Of a stretch of DNA of 64,000 nt, positions 18,008-26,671 are shown one piece after another (the stretch's first letter is position 1; every line of letters starts with the position of its first letter). Position numbers and translations under genes: made by a program. Source of the DNA: an uncultured Rhodobacteraceae bacterium (GTDB taxonomy: Bacteria; Pseudomonadota; Alphaproteobacteria; Rhodobacterales; Rhodobacteraceae). Location: contig CALKOT010000013.1 in assembly GCA_938092015.1 (NCBI GenBank), forward strand, positions 1,109-65,108, written 5' to 3'. The notes under the pieces are model-generated. The model did no database searches. It was not told the origin of the DNA and was given only the letters and a program-made list of their open reading frames with translations.

Positions 18008-18645
18008 TCGACCGGATGGGCATTCCAGGCATCAACACCGTTCTTGTGCCGTACGAGAAGAAGGATGCTTACAACCGCAGCGCGACCTCGCTTGATCCGC
18101 CTTCGTCCGCTGAAACCAGTGATTTGGGCGGTCTGTTCGCAGGTGATATCATCGCCAGTCTACAGGCGTTGCAAACCGGGGATGAGGCGATTGGCTTTCT
18201 GGCGAACCTTGCCGTTTTGAACGGCGACTACTTGCGGCTGGACACATCGATCCGCAACACTGGTGGTCAGGGCGGCGACAATGACGGCGCAGGGTTCCCG
18301 AATGGGCGTCGACTTGGGGATGATGTGATCGATACGGTCGTAACGATCATCAACAACTTTGAACCAGTGCGCCGGAACGGCAAGGTCGACCGGGTGAACG
18401 GCAATGACCAGTGGTTCAGGAGCAAGTTTCCCTACCTCGCCGACCCGCATCAACCGCTTGGTTGGAATGGCGTTGACGGGACAGAGAACTGGGCGCTTGC
18501 CGCTTACCTGATTGGGGGGCGCCAAAAATACGCCGGCCGGAGCAAACGCTTCGGCCGGTTTTTCTTTGAGGTTAGCCGAGGGTTGCGAGGATATCCTTTG
18601 TCGCCTGAACCGGGTCGGGCGCACCAAGAATGGGCCTGCCGATGA
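17938..18645 (+). pseudogene. C-terminal fragment of a DUF4331-like secreted protein, fused to the P450 remnant
   Basis: This frame is open from 17938. DRMGIPGINTVLVPYEKKDAYN ... GFPNGRRLGDDVIDTVVTII ... FPYLADPHQP resemble the C-terminal half of DUF4331-type proteins (from memory). There is no N-terminal half or signal peptide, and the 3' tail runs into pyrF on the opposite strand. Confidence 0.45.
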
Positions 18646-19267
18646 CAACGTGGTCGGCGCCGTTACCTAACGCCTCTGCTGGCGTGGTTACGCGCTTCTG
18701 ATCGCCCAGATCTGCACCTGCGGGGCGGACGCCTGGTGTGACGATCAGCTTGCCGGCCGCCTCAGGCAGCGCGCGAATGGCGGCGGCTTCTTGTGGCGAA
18801 GCAATGATGCCGTCGGCGCCCGCGAGAAATGCGCGGCGGGCGCGTTCGACCGTGATTACGGCAAGGTCGCCAGCCTGGATCATTGCATTGTCCATGTCCG
18901 TCCGGTCCAGTGAAGTCAGAACCGTCACCGCCAGGATTTTGGTCTGCGATGCGCCGCGTCCGGCGACAGCGGCTTCAACCACATGCGGATCGCCATGCAC
19001 AGTCAGAAAGTCGAGGTCATATTGCGCAAGGCCCGATACGGCGGCTTCAACGGTGGCGCTGATGTCAAAGAGCTTCATGTCAAGAAAGACACGCTTGCCC
19101 TTTTCTTTCAATTTAAGCGCCAGGGCCATTCCGCCACCGGTCAGCATGCCAAGGCCAATCTTGTAGAAAGAGACTGCGTCGCCCAAAAGGTCCGCTACCT
19201 GCTCACCCGCGATGGCATGCGGTACGCGGGGCGGATCCAGTGCTACGATGATCCTGTCGTCCGCCAT
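18572..19267 (-). CDS. pyrF: orotidine 5'-phosphate decarboxylase
   Basis: 231 aa with the catalytic motif FLDMKLFDI (DxKxxD) and C-terminal ADHVVIGRPI. Confidence 0.9.
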   Translation of the reverse strand: MADDRIIVALDPPRVPHAIAGEQVADLLGDAVSFYKIGLGMLTGGGMALALKLKEKGKRVFLDMKLFDISATVEAAVSGLAQYDLDFLTVHGDPHVVEAAVAGRGASQTKILAVTVLTSLDRTDMDNAMIQAGDLAVITVERARRAFLAGADGIIASPQEAAAIRALPEAAGKLIVTPGVRPAGADLGDQKRVTTPAEALGNGADHVVIGRPILGAPDPVQATKDILATLG

Positions 19268-19406
19268 TGGTCCCTCCGCGTGTGTCGTTGCTATGTGCAG
19301 GGGATGAGGGGCGGGGTCAAGATGGGCAGAAGGTTTGGGGGGCAGGCGACCCGCCCTTGGGCCGCAATTAGAGTGTCAGCATAATCATGATCCGACTGGC
19401 CTAGCC

Positions 19407-21269
19407 CTAAAACACCAAGTTCAGCATCACCAGCGACACGATCAGGAAAAGGATCGTCATGACGCCGCCCGCCCGCATAAAGTCTGCAACTTTGTATGCG
19501 CCGGGGCCCATGATCAGCGCGTTCACCTGATGAGTTGGAATGAGGAACGAATTTGACGTTGAGATCGCAACGGTCAGTGCGAACAAGGCCGGATCAGCGT
19601 TCGCACCAATGGCGATGTTGACGGCGAGTGGGACCAAGAGGACCGTAGCGCCGACATTCGACATGACCAGTGTGAATGCGGTTGCCAGGACGGCGAGGGC
19701 AGCCTGGAGCATCCAGATCGGCGCCCCGTTGAGCAACGTCAGGAACTGGTCCGCGATCCACTGCGCCGTGCCGGTCGCCTGCACTGCCTGGCCAAGGGGG
19801 ATGAGGCTGGCCAAAAGGAAGACCGTGTTCCAACTGACGGCGTCATAGGCTTCTTCAATGCTAAGAACGCGAGTGACGATCATGCCAACTGCGCCTACGA
19901 GCAGGCAAAGTGAGAGGCGAAGATCGGAAAAGAGGACAAGCCCAAGCGCGATAGTGAAAAATAGGAGCGCCCAGCGAAGTTTTTCGGGGCGCAGAACTTC
20001 GCGCGGGTAGTCCGAAGTGACGACCACAAAGTCTTTGTTCGCCTCAAGCCTTGTCAGTTCCGCCCAAGTCGTGTGGCAGACAAGTAGATCGCCGGCCTGA
20101 TAGGCGGTGCGGCCAATCTCGGCCCGATCGCGGGTCAAGACTTCGCCACCGCGATAGATCACGAGGGGGGCTAGGCCAAAGATGCGGCGGATCCAGATCT
20201 CACGCCCTGTTTTGCGGATGATGCTTGCCTCTGGCGTGATGACGACCTCGGCGATGCCGGATTTGTCACCGCCCAGCGAAGCGGCGAAGACGGTCAGGCG
20301 CGGGGCCTCTGTTAATCCGCTATCAGTCAGAAAGGCTTTGAACTTGCTTGGCTCTCCAATCACCGCGAGGTGAGCGGGGGCTGAGATGACGAGGTCGCGC
20401 GTTGGCTCCATCACCGTTTTGCCGCCGATGCTCATCGCGATGATCTGAATGCCGAAGGATTGTTCCAGATCATCGATCGTTTTGCCGTTGCAGTCGTCCC
20501 CTGCAGGTATCGCGATTTCGTGGATCTCACCCTTCAGGCCGTAGATGCGTTCATAATATTTAAGCAAGGATCGTCCCCGGCTGACCTGCGGGCCAGGGCT
20601 TTTGGGCAGGACAACTTTGCCCAGAACAATGAAATAGAGAATGCCAGTCGCCACCAGCGCCAGGCCGATGGGTGAGACATCGAAAATCTCAAAAGTCTTC
20701 ATCTTGGATGTTTCAGGGATCGTCTCGTTAATTCCAAGGATCAGGTCATTCAGCAGTATCAGGGGGGACGAGCCGACCATCGTGATCGTTCCGCCCAGGA
20801 TCGCGCAAAACCCCATGGGCATCAGAAGGCGCGTCATCGGCACGGATGTGCGCACTGCAACGCGGTTGACGACCGGCAGAAACAGGGCCGCCGCCCCGAC
20901 GTTCTGCATGAAACTTGAGATGATTCCGACAGTGGTTGAGATGAGGGCGATCAAACGGCCCTCTGTCCGGCCGCCGACCTTGGTGATCCACGCGGCGACT
21001 GAGGACATGACGCCGGTCCGGTCCAGCCCGGCGCCTATAATCATCACGGCGATAATGGAAATGACTGCGTTCGATCCAAACCCGTCGAAAAGGTGGCGAA
21101 CATCGACTAGGTTTTCGAGACCGGGCAGAGCCGCAAGGCAGCCCAAAAGCACCATGATGATGATGGCGGCGACGTCGACGCGAACGATTTCAGAGACGAA
21201 GAGGAAAACCGTCAGGCCCAATACACTCAGAACGACGACCATTTCTGGCGTCAGCCCAAGCGCTTCCAT
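19407..21269 (-). CDS. SLC13/DASS-family anion permease with central TrkA-C (RCK_C) domains
   Basis: 620 aa with polytopic N- and C-terminal halves. The central soluble region (residues about 230-400) shows two RCK_C-like repeats (GKTIDDLE...VMEPTRDLVISAPAHLAVIGE ; IIRKTGREIW...GGEVLTRDRAEIGRTAYQAGDLLVCH). Confidence 0.85.
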   Translation of the reverse strand: MEALGLTPEMVVVLSVLGLTVFLFVSEIVRVDVAAIIIMVLLGCLAALPGLENLVDVRHLFDGFGSNAVISIIAVMIIGAGLDRTGVMSSVAAWITKVGGRTEGRLIALISTTVGIISSFMQNVGAAALFLPVVNRVAVRTSVPMTRLLMPMGFCAILGGTITMVGSSPLILLNDLILGINETIPETSKMKTFEIFDVSPIGLALVATGILYFIVLGKVVLPKSPGPQVSRGRSLLKYYERIYGLKGEIHEIAIPAGDDCNGKTIDDLEQSFGIQIIAMSIGGKTVMEPTRDLVISAPAHLAVIGEPSKFKAFLTDSGLTEAPRLTVFAASLGGDKSGIAEVVITPEASIIRKTGREIWIRRIFGLAPLVIYRGGEVLTRDRAEIGRTAYQAGDLLVCHTTWAELTRLEANKDFVVVTSDYPREVLRPEKLRWALLFFTIALGLVLFSDLRLSLCLLVGAVGMIVTRVLSIEEAYDAVSWNTVFLLASLIPLGQAVQATGTAQWIADQFLTLLNGAPIWMLQAALAVLATAFTLVMSNVGATVLLVPLAVNIAIGANADPALFALTVAISTSNSFLIPTHQVNALIMGPGAYKVADFMRAGGVMTILFLIVSLVMLNLVF

Positions 21270-21563
21270 CTTTCCTCCTAAATTCTACGCAGCTTTTCGC
21301 TGCAACTCTTTTGTTTGGAGCACGCCCCACCTCTTGGTGGCAGTTTTTGGGATTTGGCTCAATAAGGCAAGTTTTGACATCAATTGTCTCAAAATTCTGG
21401 GTAATAAGTCCCACTATGGGCTTGGCTCGTCTTTAAGACTCTCTGAACAAGACAGGCCGTCGCTTGGGGTTCATGGTTCGTGCCCACAATCTGATCCCCA
21501 GTAGAACGAGTCCGAATGTAAGCATTGATCGACGGCACAGATGTAGCCTTGCCTACATGTCGA

Positions 21564-22751
21564 TTATTGAACCAGCTCACACTGCGAGGCGGCGCGTGGT
21601 CGTGAGGTAATCGAAGAAAGATACACGGTAGCTTCATGCGATTTCAGCGTCGAGTGAATCTCTGGCTCGTAATCTCGAAGCGATGATTCAATTCCCGCGA
21701 GTTTCTCTTCAATCTGCGCTTTCGTTTCTCGCGTGATCGTCTGCAGAAACGCGGTGCCGGGATACAGGCTTTCCGCCTCCGCGCCAGCGGCAAAGATGAT
21801 TTCGTGGCTGGGAAGCAAGACGTGATGATAGCAGATGATCCTCGGCGCCGTGCACTGGCTCACGCCGCTGAGCTTGCCGACCAGATCTTTAGCGCGAACC
21901 AAGAATCTGGAAGAACCGGAGTGTGTGTCGCCAAAACTGTCTTCGAAGAGCATGCGATGCTGGGGTGACACGACAAGCGTCTCGCGGTTTCCGACAACGC
22001 CGAACTTGAAGGAAACCGGACCATTCCTGTTGCCGATCTCAACGGGGGACAAACCCGCCCATATTACCGGTTGAAAGCCATTGTCTTTGGTTCGGACTAA
22101 GTCACGCGGGCGCAGATCTTCAACCTTCGTCTCACCGGTCAAGGTGGTGATCGGCGTTCCTGGTGCAAAACAGACGACTTGCGAGAAAGAGACGAAGGGC
22201 CGGTTGGAATAGATGCCATTGCTGTTGAACTGATCGCCACTGCCGCCAGCCGCGTCCTCAAAGACGGTCCCCGAGCCGTCGATCGCAGTCAGGTCTTCGC
22301 CAATCGGAGGGCGAATATTGGTGAATTCGCCGTTCGCAGTATCGTAGCCCTGGCTGAACACGACAGCAGGACGAGGCGAACTGCCTGTGCCGAGCTGAAC
22401 AATATGCACTTCCCACTGAAGCGAGTTGTCGGCGTTTCGCACAATGAATGAGTACTCAGATTCTACCCGCAAACATGCCGCGAAGGTTTCTCCTGCATCA
22501 TTAGTGTCGCCGTCGTTGTTTCTGTCGATCAGAAAATCTGTCGCGAGTGTTGAAAGAGTGACGCCTCCTTCGAGGTCGTCGTCACTGAGGATGGGGTCGT
22601 CGTCATCGATTTCGAGCGTGTAGGATGGTGGATTTAGAACCTGAAGGGTCTGCCCGGCCTGGCCTGCGCCATCACTTGAATCGTCCCGAATAAAGTTGTT
22701 TGGATCTAGGAAGTCAAAAAAGTCGTAGGCTGGGATCTTAAAGACCGGCAT
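21564..22751 (-). CDS. Hint (Hedgehog/intein-like) domain-containing protein
   Basis: 395 aa. An acidic N-terminal region of about 190 aa is followed by CFAPGTPITTLTGETKVEDLRPRDLVRTKDNGFQPVIWAG ... VSPQHRML, typical of Hint-domain proteins common in Rhodobacterales. No signal peptide is visible. Confidence 0.8.
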   Translation of the reverse strand: MPVFKIPAYDFFDFLDPNNFIRDDSSDGAGQAGQTLQVLNPPSYTLEIDDDDPILSDDDLEGGVTLSTLATDFLIDRNNDGDTNDAGETFAACLRVESEYSFIVRNADNSLQWEVHIVQLGTGSSPRPAVVFSQGYDTANGEFTNIRPPIGEDLTAIDGSGTVFEDAAGGSGDQFNSNGIYSNRPFVSFSQVVCFAPGTPITTLTGETKVEDLRPRDLVRTKDNGFQPVIWAGLSPVEIGNRNGPVSFKFGVVGNRETLVVSPQHRMLFEDSFGDTHSGSSRFLVRAKDLVGKLSGVSQCTAPRIICYHHVLLPSHEIIFAAGAEAESLYPGTAFLQTITRETKAQIEEKLAGIESSLRDYEPEIHSTLKSHEATVYLSSITSRPRAASQCELVQ

Positions 22752-23112
22752 TCACTTGCTTCCCCATTACTCGCACCTCAGTGATCACGTTAATATCACG
22801 GAGCTGTGATGAGGCTGGGGTACTAACTACAGGTTGCGATTCTGGGTGTGTACAATTGCTATTTTGCCGCCTCCGGTTTTCTGAGGTCTCGCCATGCGAG
22901 AGTGGCGCAGATTTTGTTTCCTCATGCCTGGACTTCTTGTCATCGCCCAATTCGTCCGATGAGAACATTTGTTTCGTCTTGAACCCGCCTTGCATCCCTG
23001 TTGCATAATCACCACATGTATTTGGACGCGCCTTACGGGCGTCATGAACATCATGGACGGTGGGTTCTCGGGCTTCGGACGGGATGGAAACCGGGCTAAA
23101 AGGAGCAGGCAT

Positions 23113-25734
23113 ATGAACTTAGACAAGTTCACCGATCGCGCACGCGGTTTCATTCAGGCAGCGCAGACCATCGCGCTGAGAGAGAACCACCAGCGCTTTC
23201 TTCCCGAACATATTCTCAAGGCGCAGCTGGACGACAAGGAAGGCATGGCCGCCGGTCTGATCGCGCGCGCAGGCGGCGACGCGAATGTCGCGCTGGCTGA
23301 GGCTGAGACGGCGTTGGCGAAAGTGCCCAGCGTGTCTGGCGGCGATGGCCAGATGTATATGGATAGCGTCACGGCGAAGATGATCGCCGAGGCGGATAAA
23401 CTGGCTGAGAAGGCTGGCGACAGCTATGTGACCGCTGAGCGTCTGTTGACCGCGCTGGCGCTGACGAAATCCGGTGCTGCGGCTGCGTTGAAGAAGGCTG
23501 GGGTGACGCCTCAGTCGCTAAATTCTGCGATTGAAGATCTGCGTCAGGGTCGCAAGGCCGACAGCGCCAACGCTGAAGGTAATTTTGAAGCGCTATCGAA
23601 GTACGCCCGCGATTTGACCGAGGATGCGCGTGAGGGCCGATTGGACCCTGTGATTGGCCGCGACGAAGAAATCCGCCGGGCGATCCAGGTGCTGAGCCGC
23701 CGGACCAAGAACAATCCGGTTCTTATCGGTGAGCCTGGCGTGGGTAAAACTGCGATTGCGGAGGGGTTGGCGCTGCGCATCGTGAATGGCGATGTGCCAG
23801 AGAGCCTGCTGGATAAACGTTTGATGTCGCTGGATATGGGTGCGCTGATTGCGGGCGCGAAATATCGTGGTGAGTTTGAGGAGCGGCTGAAGGCCGTTCT
23901 TTCAGAGGTGTCCGCCGCGGCTGGCGAGATCGTGCTTTTCATCGACGAGATGCACACGCTGGTCGGGGCTGGCAAATCGGACGGCGCGATGGATGCGTCG
24001 AACCTGCTGAAACCTGCGCTTGCGCGCGGTGAACTGCACTGCGTCGGCGCGACCACTCTGGATGAATATCGCAAGCACGTCGAAAAAGACGCCGCCTTGG
24101 CTCGCCGGTTCCAGCCTGTGTTCATCTCTGAGCCGACGGTGCAAGACACGATTTCAATCCTCCGCGGGCTGAAGGAAAAGTACGAATTGCACCATGGTGT
24201 GCGCATCACTGATAGCGCGTTGGTTTCGGCGGCGACGCTGTCCAGCCGCTATATCGCGGATCGGTTCCTGCCCGACAAAGCCATCGACCTGATGGATGAG
24301 GCAGGCTCTCGCCTGCGGATGGAGGTCGACAGCAAGCCAGAGGAACTGGATGCGCTGGACCGTGATATCATGCAGCGGGAAATTGAAGCCGAAGCACTGA
24401 AGAAAGAGACGGACGCGGCGTCGAAGGATCGGTTGGCGAAGCTGGAGAAAGAGCTTGGCAATCTGAAGGAAGAAAGCGCCGCCCTGACCACCCGTTGGCA
24501 GGCTGAGCGGGACAAAATGCAAGGCTCTCGCGATGTGCAAGAACAGCTGGACCGCGCGCGGATTGAGCTGGAAAACGCCAAACGCGAAGGCAATCTGGCC
24601 AAAGCCGGTGAGCTGTCCTACGGCGTCATTCCCGACCTTGAGGCCAAGCTGGGCGAGGCGGAAACGGCGGAAGATGTGATGGTGGAGGAGGCTGTCACGC
24701 CGTCCCATGTCGCCGCTGTCGTCAGCCGTTGGACCGGCGTGCCTGTCGACAAGATGCTGGAAGGCGAGCGCGACAAGCTGCTGCGCATGGAAGAGGAAAT
24801 TGCCAAGCGCGTGATCGGCCAGCACACCGCCGTAAAAGCAGTCGCCAACGCCACCCGCCGCGCGCGGGCCGGCCTGAACGACCCATCGCGGCCGATCGGC
24901 AGCTTCCTGTTCCTCGGGCCGACCGGTGTGGGTAAAACAGAGCTGACCAAAGCGCTGGCCGGTTTCATGTTCGACGATGATCAGGCGATGTGCCGGATCG
25001 ACATGTCGGAATTCATGGAGAAACACGCGGTTTCCCGTCTCATCGGCGCCCCTCCGGGCTATGTCGGGTATGATGAAGGTGGTGTGCTGACTGAAGCTGT
25101 TCGTCGACGTCCTTACCAGATCGTCTTGTTTGACGAAGTGGAAAAAGCGCATCCGGACGTGTTCAACGTACTCCTCCAGGTACTGGACGACGGGCGTCTG
25201 ACGGACGGGCAGGGGCGGACGGTGGACTTCAAGAACACCATCATTATCCTGACGTCAAACTTGGGCGCGCAGGCCCTGTCACAACTGCCGGAAGGCGGTG
25301 ATATGGACGCGGCCAAAGCGCAGGTAATGGAGGCTGTTCGCGCCCATTTCCGCCCTGAGTTCCTGAACCGCCTGGATGAAATCGCCATCTTTGACCGCCT
25401 CGCGCGGGAGGATATGGGTGACATCGTCGAAATCCAGCTGGCGATCCTGGAAAAACGTCTGAAGGATCGCAAGATCACGCTGGCGATTGATGAGGACGCC
25501 AAAGCGTGGCTGGGCGACAAGGGCTATGACCCGGTTTATGGCGCGCGACCATTGAAACGCGTGATCCAGAAAGCGGTGCAGGACCCGTTGGCTGAAATGT
25601 TGCTTGGCGGCGAAGTTCGGGATGGCGAAACCGTAGAGGTCAGCGCGGGCCCAGAGGGACTGATCATCGGCGGGCAGGTCCGCCCGTTGGGAGAGCCGCC
25701 TGCAAAGGGTGGCCCAAGCCAAATGGTCCATTGA
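23113..25734 (+). CDS. clpB: ATP-dependent chaperone/disaggregase ClpB
   Basis: The ATG at 23113 (AAAGGAG upstream) gives [13 protein letters not shown]... There are two AAA+ modules ([15 protein letters not shown] ; [15 protein letters not shown]) and a coiled-coil middle domain. The track's 22969 start adds a non-homologous extension. Confidence 0.97.
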   Translation: MNLDKFTDRARGFIQAAQTIALRENHQRFLPEHILKAQLDDKEGMAAGLIARAGGDANVALAEAETALAKVPSVSGGDGQMYMDSVTAKMIAEADKLAEKAGDSYVTAERLLTALALTKSGAAAALKKAGVTPQSLNSAIEDLRQGRKADSANAEGNFEALSKYARDLTEDAREGRLDPVIGRDEEIRRAIQVLSRRTKNNPVLIGEPGVGKTAIAEGLALRIVNGDVPESLLDKRLMSLDMGALIAGAKYRGEFEERLKAVLSEVSAAAGEIVLFIDEMHTLVGAGKSDGAMDASNLLKPALARGELHCVGATTLDEYRKHVEKDAALARRFQPVFISEPTVQDTISILRGLKEKYELHHGVRITDSALVSAATLSSRYIADRFLPDKAIDLMDEAGSRLRMEVDSKPEELDALDRDIMQREIEAEALKKETDAASKDRLAKLEKELGNLKEESAALTTRWQAERDKMQGSRDVQEQLDRARIELENAKREGNLAKAGELSYGVIPDLEAKLGEAETAEDVMVEEAVTPSHVAAVVSRWTGVPVDKMLEGERDKLLRMEEEIAKRVIGQHTAVKAVANATRRARAGLNDPSRPIGSFLFLGPTGVGKTELTKALAGFMFDDDQAMCRIDMSEFMEKHAVSRLIGAPPGYVGYDEGGVLTEAVRRRPYQIVLFDEVEKAHPDVFNVLLQVLDDGRLTDGQGRTVDFKNTIIILTSNLGAQALSQLPEGGDMDAAKAQVMEAVRAHFRPEFLNRLDEIAIFDRLAREDMGDIVEIQLAILEKRLKDRKITLAIDEDAKAWLGDKGYDPVYGARPLKRVIQKAVQDPLAEMLLGGEVRDGETVEVSAGPEGLIIGGQVRPLGEPPAKGGPSQMVH

Positions 25735-25764
25735 TCGCGGGCAAAGTCTGCAACTTATAAGACA

Positions 25765-25816
25765 AGGCGACCGGCGGTTTGATCTGCTGGTCGCCTAGCT
25801 GGTGTAAGCTTACACC
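25765..25816 (+). terminator. two consecutive hairpins downstream of clpB (possible terminator)
   Basis: AGGCGACC...GGTCGCCT (25765-25796) and the perfect 16-bp palindrome GGTGTAAGCTTACACC (25801-25816). The T-tract is weak. Confidence 0.35.
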
Positions 25817-25948
25817 TTCGCGCCTCAGTTGTGCCAATCGGCACTGACAGATCGCAGGGAATCTTTGTAAATTGTAAAGGAATTATCCGGTTAACTGGCC
25901 TGCGTTCGTTTCTAGCGCCGGTTTCATTGAAGTGGGGGCACTTTGGTA

Positions 25949-26187
25949 TGATTGAACGTACTGTTTGGAAAGAAATTTTCGTCAATAGCGACGGCGCCGT
26001 CACGCTTGACTGGGTTGCATTAACCTCCAGCGTTGTCGTGATCGGCATTGGGCTTGTCTACATGGTTTATGGTGGTGAAACTGGTGCGATCTCTTCCATG
26101 ATCACCAACTATAATTCTGAACTGGACCAGGCCGCCGCCAACCTGTCGGGCGTTGTAGAGGCTGCAACGCCGTCGGTGCTGGAATAG
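25949..26187 (+). CDS. hypothetical small membrane protein with a Flp/class-III-signal-like N-terminus
   Basis: The internal ATG gives a 79-aa protein, MIERTVWKEIFVNSDG|AVTLDWVALTSSVVVIGIGLV.... The G/AVTLDW plus hydrophobic helix resembles the Flp prepilin G/xxxxEY motif (D-W in place of E-Y). Confidence 0.4.
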
Positions 26188-26190
26188 GCG

Positions 26191-26502
26191 TCAGAACGCG
26201 CAATTCTTGCAAAAGGGCGTGTCTGGCAGCAGCAACAATCGCTCATCAGATATCATTGCGCCACATTTCTGGCACTCGCCGTAAATCCCATCTTCTATAC
26301 GCTTTAGCGCGGCCTCGATGCGCCTGAACTCCGCCAATTCCATGTGCCCCAGGCTTTCCAGAACTTTGTCCCCCTGACGTTCGGATGATCTGTCCTCCCA
26401 ATCCTTGGGCGGGGTTTCATCAAGTCTATGCTCAGTTTCGATCAGATGGGCGAGCTCTGCCTGCCGGGTTGTCAGGACCTTCTTCTTCTCTGCTACGTTC
26501 AT
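26191..26502 (-). CDS. DksA/TraR-family C4-type zinc-finger protein
   Basis: 103 aa with a coiled-coil N-terminal part and the C4 finger CQKCGAMISDERLLLLPDTPFCKNC. Confidence 0.85.
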   Translation of the reverse strand: MNVAEKKKVLTTRQAELAHLIETEHRLDETPPKDWEDRSSERQGDKVLESLGHMELAEFRRIEAALKRIEDGIYGECQKCGAMISDERLLLLPDTPFCKNCAF

Positions 26503-26555
26503 GGTGATCTCTCCTTGTCTTTCAACGATCTTGTACCCGTGGGCGATGCGCAGCC

Positions 26556-26569
26556 TTGATCTGCATCAA
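26556..26569. promoter_or_regulatory. perfect FNR/CRP-family box TTGAT-CTGC-ATCAA
   Basis: Exact match to TTGAT-N4-ATCAA in the divergent intergenic region, 54 nt upstream of the dksA-like start and 103 nt upstream of the gltB-like start. Confidence 0.45.
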
Positions 26570-26671
26570 ACAATGATCCTGGGACCGTGATTCATACCCT
26601 ATTGACGACGCAGTTCAGGGCGATACTGAACAACGCAGAAGGGGCGGCTGGGTCCTAAGGGAGAATCGATC

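Noticed and set aside
21533-21552. Shared 13-14-nt string GATGTAGCC(A/T)TTGC at 21535 and 58634.
   Set aside because: There are only two copies, the match is short, and the flanking context differs. This is consistent with chance.
22978-23009. Possible RpoH (sigma-32) heat-shock promoter upstream of clpB: CTTGAA ... CATAAT.
   Set aside because: The spacing between CTTGAA (22978-22983) and CATAAT (23004-23009) is about 20 nt. This is too long for the CTTGAAA-N13-15-CCCCATNT or alphaproteobacterial CTTG-N17-CYTATNT patterns. The sequence at the correct distance (CCCTGTTG) matches poorly.
24154-25152. Long antisense or overlapping ORFs inside well-supported genes, for example 24154..25152(-) and 23544..24209(-) in clpB, 4417..5313(-) in aapJ, 20641..21504(+) in the SLC13 gene, 27401..28099(-) in the gltB-like gene and 36004..36618(+) in ecm.
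   Set aside because: These are typical shadow ORFs of GC-rich DNA. Their translations are Arg/Ala/Pro/Ser-rich and low in complexity, carry no motifs, and lie opposite genes with strong family signatures.
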